45,102 nucleotides of DNA, taken from assembly GCA_943349725.1 (NCBI GenBank), contig CALQZP010000002.1, positions 1-45,102 of the forward strand, given 5' to 3'. Below the pieces are notes generated by a model. That model had not been told where the DNA came from and made no database searches. It was given only the letters and a program-made list of their open reading frames with translations. A program made the translations under genes and the position numbers. Below, piece by piece: positions 40,274 to 45,102 of this stretch; positions within the stretch are counted from its first letter, which is position 1; every line of letters starts with the position of its first letter. The stretch is from Candidatus Nomurabacteria bacterium. GTDB lineage: Bacteria > Patescibacteriota > Minisyncoccia > Phycocordibacterales > UBA10002.

Positions 40274-40383
40274 ATATTTTGTGAAATTTGCTTACCGAGT
40301 TCGTCAAGGACTTTCAGGGCCATCGCACACTCCTCCTTGTTCCGGGGCTTGCCCCCACACCAAAAGCAAAATATATACTTCAT
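40270..40383 (-). pseudogene. Remnant copy of the tktN 3' end (37-aa ORF)
   Basis: Encodes ...FWCGGKPRNKEECAMALKVLDELGKQISQNI, versus the real C-terminus FEWHGKPPTPKEGEMALAVLRKLGKELNK. Confidence 0.6.
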
Positions 40384-40386
40384 ACT

Positions 40387-41310
40387 TTATTTGTTAAGTT
40401 CTTTACCTAGCTTTCGTAATACCGCTAAAGCCATTTCTCCCTCTTTTGGTGTCGGGGGCTTGCCGTGCCACTCAAACTTGCGTTCAAAGTCGGGAACACC
40501 CTTCCCTGGAATCGTATTTGCAATGATGACGGTGGGTTTGTCGAACTCGGCTTTGGCTTCACCAATCGCGCGGTGAATGTCCGCGAAGTCGTGCCCGTTC
40601 ACTTCAATCACGTGCCAGTTGAATGCCTGCCACTTATCGGAAAGTGGCTCAAGAGGCATAATGTCCTCGGTGAAGCCGTCTATCTGAATATTGTTGCGGT
40701 CTACAATGGCAATGAGATTACCGAGCTTTTCTTTCCCCGCGAGCATCGCGCCTTCCCAACTGTTTCCCTCTTCAAGTTCTCCGTCTGAAAGAAGCGCGTA
40801 AAACCATTTCTTATAGGAACGCCCCGCGTCAATACGCTCCGCAAGCGCCATACCGACCGCTTGCGAGAGGCCGGAGCCGAGCGGACCCGATGAGGTTTCA
40901 AGCGCGGGAATATATTCGCGGTGCGGATGTCCCTGAAAAATACTGCCGTATTTGCGGAGACTCTTTGTAAACTGTTCTACTCCATCCTTGCCGAAGTATC
41001 CCGCGTGCGCCATCGCCGAATACAGTACGGGACAGATATGTCCGTTTGAAAGTACAAGGCGGTCGCGTTCTGCCCAGTCGGGCTTCTTCGGGTCGTGACG
41101 CATTTCGTGGAAATACAGGTATGCGAAAATATCGGCCATACCGAGTGGTCCCGCGGTGTGTCCCGAACCCGCCTCAACGAGCGCTTCAATAAGCGAAATG
41201 CGAATGTCGTTCGCCTTCTTGGCGAGTTTCTGTATGTCCGCATCCGTAAGGTGCGTGTCGCTGGGGTTGTGGACACCATTGTGGTCTTTATCATCGAGAG
41301 TATGGGTCAT
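40387..41310 (-). CDS. tkt: Transketolase, N-terminal half (TPP-binding)
   Basis: GSGHTAGPLGMADIFAYLYF, SNGHICPVLYSAMA and LLSDGELEEGNSWEG. Confidence 0.92.
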   Translation of the reverse strand: MTHTLDDKDHNGVHNPSDTHLTDADIQKLAKKANDIRISLIEALVEAGSGHTAGPLGMADIFAYLYFHEMRHDPKKPDWAERDRLVLSNGHICPVLYSAMAHAGYFGKDGVEQFTKSLRKYGSIFQGHPHREYIPALETSSGPLGSGLSQAVGMALAERIDAGRSYKKWFYALLSDGELEEGNSWEGAMLAGKEKLGNLIAIVDRNNIQIDGFTEDIMPLEPLSDKWQAFNWHVIEVNGHDFADIHRAIGEAKAEFDKPTVIIANTIPGKGVPDFERKFEWHGKPPTPKEGEMALAVLRKLGKELNK

Positions 41311-41311
41311 A

Positions 41312-41575
41312 TTATTTTCCTATCCTTGTTGAAGTCTCAAGTCGTGACACCCTATCCGCCAAACGCGTGTGCGCGTCCCACGAGACTTTCTGGTCCACCA
41401 GAGCATCAATGCGATTGTTGGTTCCTAAAATCTGAGCGCCTATTCTCTGCTCAATACCCTGAATCTCTGACTCGAGCTTCGCAGTAAGAACCTTTTCTTG
41501 CTCTGAAAAACCATTGGCTACCATAGTAGCCAGCTTTTCCAGTGTCATCTTTTCTTTTCGAGCATTCTTCTTCAT
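41312..41575 (-). CDS. Hypothetical coiled-coil protein
   Basis: The ORF sits between rpe and tktN, and its stop lies 1 nt before the tktN ATG. ATG 41575 is preceded by TATACT-N8 and AAAGGA. The alternative start is GTG 41632. Confidence 0.45.
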   Translation of the reverse strand: MKKNARKEKMTLEKLATMVANGFSEQEKVLTAKLESEIQGIEQRIGAQILGTNNRIDALVDQKVSWDAHTRLADRVSRLETSTRIGK

Positions 41576-41640
41576 ATCCTTTAAGTATACCACCTCAAAG
41601 ACAGTGTAAAAAGCACACCAGAAACGGCACACGGGGCGAG

Positions 41641-42327
41641 CTATCCCTTAGGAAACAACCGCTCAAGCTCCCGCACCGCCTCCGCCGGGTTTGCTTTGCC
41701 AAAAACCGCGGAACCTGCGACCAAGCGGCTCGCGCCGGCCTCAATGAGTCTCGGAGCCGTTTCAAAGTTCACCCCAATATCAACGCTAATCGTGAGTTCG
41801 GGGTACTTCTTGCGTAGATGTGCGATTTTGGGAAGGACCACTTCTTCATCAAGAGTCACGCCCTGAAATCCCACGCGGTCACTACCCATACACTGGACAA
41901 AATTCACTTCGTGGAGAAAGGTCTCCAATTTCTCAAGCGGAGTTGCAGGTTTGAGTGCGAGACCAATATCCACCACGTGCTTCCACTCTTTGAGAATATC
42001 GGAGAGTGTATCCGCGGGCGTGCTCTCAATATGGAGAATAACTCGGCTGGCTCCCGCGCGTACCCAAAACGGCACGGCTTCCTGCGGTTTCACCACCATC
42101 AGGTCAAACTCAAAATCAAAATCTTGCCAGAATGGAAAACCTTCCTGCTCATTCATAAGCGCGGTTATCTCTCCATGGTCGCCGATATACGGCCACGTCT
42201 TTGTAGGCGCGAATTTGCCGTCCACGATATCTATCTGCACCGTGTCCGCGACACCTTTAACAAGCTCGAGCTTCGCGAGTATCTCTTGAAAATCTTTGGG
42301 GAGAATAGCGGGGACGATGTGGTGCAC
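41641..42327 (-). CDS. rpe: Ribulose-phosphate 3-epimerase family protein
   Basis: IVPAILPKDF...VQIDIVDGKFAP and a C-terminal GASRLVAGSAVF, TIM-barrel Rpe pattern. Confidence 0.8.
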   Translation of the reverse strand: MHHIVPAILPKDFQEILAKLELVKGVADTVQIDIVDGKFAPTKTWPYIGDHGEITALMNEQEGFPFWQDFDFEFDLMVVKPQEAVPFWVRAGASRVILHIESTPADTLSDILKEWKHVVDIGLALKPATPLEKLETFLHEVNFVQCMGSDRVGFQGVTLDEEVVLPKIAHLRKKYPELTISVDIGVNFETAPRLIEAGASRLVAGSAVFGKANPAEAVRELERLFPKG

Positions 42328-42380
42328 AAAAAAATACTCTTTAATCTTGTAATCCGCTCTTCAAAATGCGCTACAGACCG

Positions 42381-42842
42381 CTAATCAACGAGTTGAAAAA
42401 AGTGATTGGCCCCCCACCCGCAGGTGCTTTTGCTGTCCAAATGCTCAAGATATCCCCAGACGACATATCTTCCTAGGCAAGGGCCTGGCGACGGCTCTGA
42501 CGGGTTCCACGTTAGCTGATAAAAGGCATAGTAACGTGTACTTTCATTGGCAGTCGGGTCAACAGGTAACTTTGGAAGATAGGGAGCGAGAGCGGTTTTG
42601 AAGTTTGGCGGCCAGTCGCCGGAGATTGTGTTCACTCCGCTAGAAGGATACGCTGAGTTGTTATTCTCGTAGTAAAGCTGTATGGCCTTTACGAGTTGCG
42701 CCAACTCCACCCGTCTTTGTGCATCCCTCCCTTTCTGCCGTGCCGTATTCAAACTCGCAAACACAATGGACGAGAGCATGCCGATGATGGCGATGACGAC
42801 GAGGAGTTCTATGAGGGTAAATCCTTTGCTGTGTTTTCTCAT
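42381..42842 (-). CDS. Type IV pilin-like protein
   Basis: MRKHSKG/FTLIELLVVIAIIGMLSSIVFASLNTARQKGRDA. Confidence 0.85.
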   Translation of the reverse strand: MRKHSKGFTLIELLVVIAIIGMLSSIVFASLNTARQKGRDAQRRVELAQLVKAIQLYYENNNSAYPSSGVNTISGDWPPNFKTALAPYLPKLPVDPTANESTRYYAFYQLTWNPSEPSPGPCLGRYVVWGYLEHLDSKSTCGWGANHFFQLVD

Positions 42843-42848
42843 TTGAAA

Positions 42849-43364
42849 TTATACCATATCAATTTTCTTCAGTCTTCTGATGTGTCGTTCATCATTTGAA
42901 AATGGTGTCAGAAGCCACAGGCGCACCGCTTCCTTGGCGTCTTCTAGTGTGACGAACCGTGTACCGATAGTGATGACATTTGAGTCATTGTGGTCTCGCG
43001 AAACCGTCACCATACTCGGGTTGTTGCCGTAATAGACGACCGCTCGAACACCGGGGACACGATTGGCCGCAATCATTTCACCCTGCCCGGAACCTGCGGG
43101 AACAATCCCTCGGACCAATCGGGAATCCCCCTTAGTAAAGGGGGTGCCGGAGGCGGGGGTTGTTGACATCTCTCCTCCCTTTTCTAGGGGAGAGTAGGAC
43201 GCAACTTTCCTCGCCATCGGTATCACATAGTCGGGATAGTCATCGGTCTTATCAAACGTAAGCGGACCACAATCCTCCACGTCGTGTCCCAGCGTTTTCA
43301 CGTACGCCATCAGCTCTTTTTTAAGTTCAAACCCGGCATGGTCACCGGCGAAATATATTTTCAT
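42849..43364 (-). CDS. rpiB: Ribose-5-phosphate isomerase B with a repeat-encoded insertion
   Basis: MKIYFAGDHAGFELK and GSGQGEMIAANRVPGVRA (Glu-type active site, as in mycobacterial RpiB). The insertion is at 43126-43197. Confidence 0.88.
   Translation of the reverse strand: MKIYFAGDHAGFELKKELMAYVKTLGHDVEDCGPLTFDKTDDYPDYVIPMARKVASYSPLEKGGEMSTTPASGTPFTKGDSRLVRGIVPAGSGQGEMIAANRVPGVRAVVYYGNNPSMVTVSRDHNDSNVITIGTRFVTLEDAKEAVRLWLLTPFSNDERHIRRLKKIDMV
43126..43197. repeat. Family A hairpin array in-frame in rpiB
   Basis: ATCCCCCTTAGTAAAGGGGGTGCCGGAGGCGGGGG and CTCTCCTCCCTTTTCTAGGGGAGAG encode SYSPLEKGGEMSTTPASGTPFTKGD. Confidence 0.9.
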
Positions 43365-43370
43365 AGGTGT

Positions 43371-43844
43371 TTACTTCGGCTCAAACCAGCCTGTGACTGA
43401 GGTATTCGAACTTCCCCACACGAATGGCACGCCTTGATTATTGCTAAGTTCGAAAGTGGTTCCAACTTTGTAGCTTCCGTCAGATTTCAGCGCGTAGGCA
43501 TAATGCTTTCCTTGAGGGTCAAGCATCGTACAAACGGGAAGATACGGCTTCAAACCCCCAGTCATCATACTACAGGGCAAGGACTCACTGTAGTTATTAT
43601 CATCAATCCAGTAATAGGTGTTGAAAACTCCCGGATAGGCATCATTCTTGTCAAAATAAAGTTCCAGAGCGGTTTTAATCTGCCGGAGTTCACTGACGCG
43701 TTTTGCATCCCTCCCTTTTTGCCTGGCGGTATTCAAACTTGCAAACACAATGGACGACAGCATACCGATGATGGCGATCACGACGAGGAGTTCTATGAGG
43801 GTGAACCCACTTTTTTGCATTTTTGAAAATTGAAAATTGGTCAT
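43371..43844 (-). CDS. Type IV pilin-like protein
   Basis: MQKSG/FTLIELLVVIAIIGMLSSIVFASLNTARQKGRDA. The alternative start is ATG 43820. Confidence 0.85.
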   Translation of the reverse strand: MTNFQFSKMQKSGFTLIELLVVIAIIGMLSSIVFASLNTARQKGRDAKRVSELRQIKTALELYFDKNDAYPGVFNTYYWIDDNNYSESLPCSMMTGGLKPYLPVCTMLDPQGKHYAYALKSDGSYKVGTTFELSNNQGVPFVWGSSNTSVTGWFEPK

Positions 43845-43850
43845 TGAAAA

Positions 43851-44861
43851 TTACTTTAGCTCTTTCCCTGCCTCAATGACATGCTTCACCAGCGTGTTTG
43901 CGTACCCGCTCTCATTATCATACCACGCGAGAACTTTGACAAGATTCCCCCCGACAACTTTTGTCATCGAGAGTTCCGCAATGGCTCCTTCGGGACGGCC
44001 GAGGATATCGCTTGAGACAAGCTCTGCTTCGGCAACGGCAAAAATCCCTTGCCACCGCTTTTCCTTGCTGGCTTTCGTAAGCGCACTGTTAACCTCATCC
44101 ACGCTGGTGTCGCGTTTGGCGATAAAGGTAATGTCGGCGATGGAACCGCAGATAACCGGCACGCGAAGCGAGATGCCATCAAACTTACCAGCAAGTTCCG
44201 GATATGCTTTTGTCACGGCAATCGCCGCGCCAGTAGAAGACGGGATAATGTTTTGTGCCGCGGCACGACCTTCGCGAAATCCTTTCTTCCCTGCGGGAGA
44301 ATCCACGAGTGACTGCGTAGCAGTGTAGGCGTGCACGGTGTTCAGCACCGCTTTTTCAATACCGATAACCTCGTCCAAAATTGCGATGAGTGGTGAAGTG
44401 GCGTTTGTGGTGCATGACGCGTTAGAGCTGATGACACACTCCGAGAGCTTCTCTTCATTGAGTCCCATCAGAATGGTGGTACCGTCCTTAATCGGTGCGC
44501 TAATAATCACCCGCTTCGCACCCGCGTCAAGGTGTCCCTGCGACAGCTCCGCACCGGCGAAAAAACCGGTTGCTTCAATCACAATATCCACACCAAGACT
44601 CTTCCAGGGGAGCTTCCCCGGCTCTTTTTCAGAAAGATACGCCACCTTACGCCCTTCTACACTAAGGGACCCCTCGTCTACGACCACCTCAAGACCACTT
44701 CGCCCATAAGCGGTGTCGTACCTCAAGAGATACGCCATATTCTGTATGTCACTAAGGTCATTTACCGCCACGACCTCAATGTCAGGGTGCTTTATCGCTA
44801 CTCGTAAAAAAGCCCGACCAATTCTTCCCAACCCATTTATCGCTACGTTGATTTTTTTCAT
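43851..44861 (-). CDS. gap: Glyceraldehyde-3-phosphate dehydrogenase
   Basis: INGLGRIGRAF, the active site SNASCTTNA, and WYDNESGY. Confidence 0.93.
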   Translation of the reverse strand: MKKINVAINGLGRIGRAFLRVAIKHPDIEVVAVNDLSDIQNMAYLLRYDTAYGRSGLEVVVDEGSLSVEGRKVAYLSEKEPGKLPWKSLGVDIVIEATGFFAGAELSQGHLDAGAKRVIISAPIKDGTTILMGLNEEKLSECVISSNASCTTNATSPLIAILDEVIGIEKAVLNTVHAYTATQSLVDSPAGKKGFREGRAAAQNIIPSSTGAAIAVTKAYPELAGKFDGISLRVPVICGSIADITFIAKRDTSVDEVNSALTKASKEKRWQGIFAVAEAELVSSDILGRPEGAIAELSMTKVVGGNLVKVLAWYDNESGYANTLVKHVIEAGKELK

Positions 44862-44914
44862 ACAGTCATTATACCCCTCTCCACTTCATTCGTTAAGCCT
44901 TTCGAAGTAACTTC

Positions 44915-44952
44915 TCTGTTGAGGTCTGTTGGGGTTAGTCTGTTGAGGTTAG
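44915..44952. repeat. Three tandem 12-14-bp direct repeats (tctgttgRggt..)
   Basis: tctgttgaggt / ctgttggggttag / tctgttgaggttag, about 40 nt upstream of the -10 box at 44994. Confidence 0.6.
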
Positions 44953-44993
44953 ACTTCCAGCTACCTTTGAAGTAGTACAAGGCGATTAGCCAT

Positions 44994-44999
44994 ATAATC
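44994..44999 (+). promoter_or_regulatory. -10 box (TATAAT-N6-ATG) for the partial ORF at the window end
   Basis: Consensus TATAAT lies 6 nt upstream of ATG 45006. Confidence 0.4.
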
Positions 45000-45005
45000 A
45001 CCTGT

Positions 45006-45102
45006 ATGAACAGCACAAAAAACTACGGTCATGTAAGCCTTGAGGAACGCAAACACCTGGCGTATCTCTACAATAGAGAAGACCGGGGAACCTTGCGACA
45101 AA
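45006..45102 (+). CDS. Partial ORF, possibly the HTH N-terminus of a transposase or regulator
   Basis: MNSTKNYGHVSLEERKHLAYLYNREDRGTLRQ. The SLEER..L pattern weakly recalls IS30-type HTH N-termini. The ORF is cut by the window edge. Confidence 0.25.
   Translation, partial: MNSTKNYGHVSLEERKHLAYLYNREDRGTLRQ

Larger units (their letters stand above)
37952..40386 (-). other. AT-rich accessory islet inserted between the two transketolase half-genes
   Basis: The islet contains 3 small membrane ORFs, HigBA, a MazF-like toxin, two partial copies of the tktC 5' end and one of the tktN 3' end. Confidence 0.6.

Overview
This 45.1-kb window looks like part of a reduced bacterial genome, probably Candidate Phyla Radiation (Parcubacteria-like). 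That guess rests on many near-identical type IV pilin N-termini, shortened housekeeping proteins and the gene content; it is an inference, not a database result. The standard genetic code fits, since smc ends in TGA and all large conserved ORFs are intact.

Most genes lie on the minus strand and are core functions:
- Translation and RNA: trmD, rpsP, a KH protein, rnr, rnc, a nusB-NUDIX fusion, rpmF, rnhB, thrS, pheS/pheT, tRNA-Thr(UGU), tsf, rpsB, prfA, rpmE, rplY.
- Replication and chromosome: a short smc, dnaE, gyrB.
- Sugar metabolism: a 2-hydroxyacid dehydrogenase, a PfkB kinase and a pentose-phosphate/glycolysis block (split transketolase, rpe, rpiB, gap) interleaved with pilin-like genes.

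The unusual content is the repeat and accessory layer:
1. GC-rich hairpin elements sit in-frame inside essential or enzymatic genes (PfkB kinase, RpiB, PheT, TrmD, RpsP, GyrB, RNase R). Two element families directly abut small nuclease genes. One is a DUF559/Vsr-like gene bracketed by inverted element copies. The other is a GIY-YIG gene inserted at tRNA-Thr with a 17-nt duplication of the tRNA 5' end.
2. Heptanucleotide-period tandem repeats form inverted arrays at most gene boundaries. They also occur in-frame in pheS, dnaE, trmD and rnhB.
3. Three small DNA-binding regulator genes (two PaaX-like, one TrpR/YerC-like) are each bracketed upstream and downstream by two copies of their own perfect palindrome.
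4. An AT-rich 2.4-kb islet lies between the two transketolase half-genes. It holds HigBA, an orphan MazF-like toxin, small membrane proteins and remnant copies of the transketolase gene ends.
5. Many genes have a -10 box 6-8 nt upstream of the start codon, which suggests leaderless mRNAs.

No rRNA genes or CRISPR arrays were seen.
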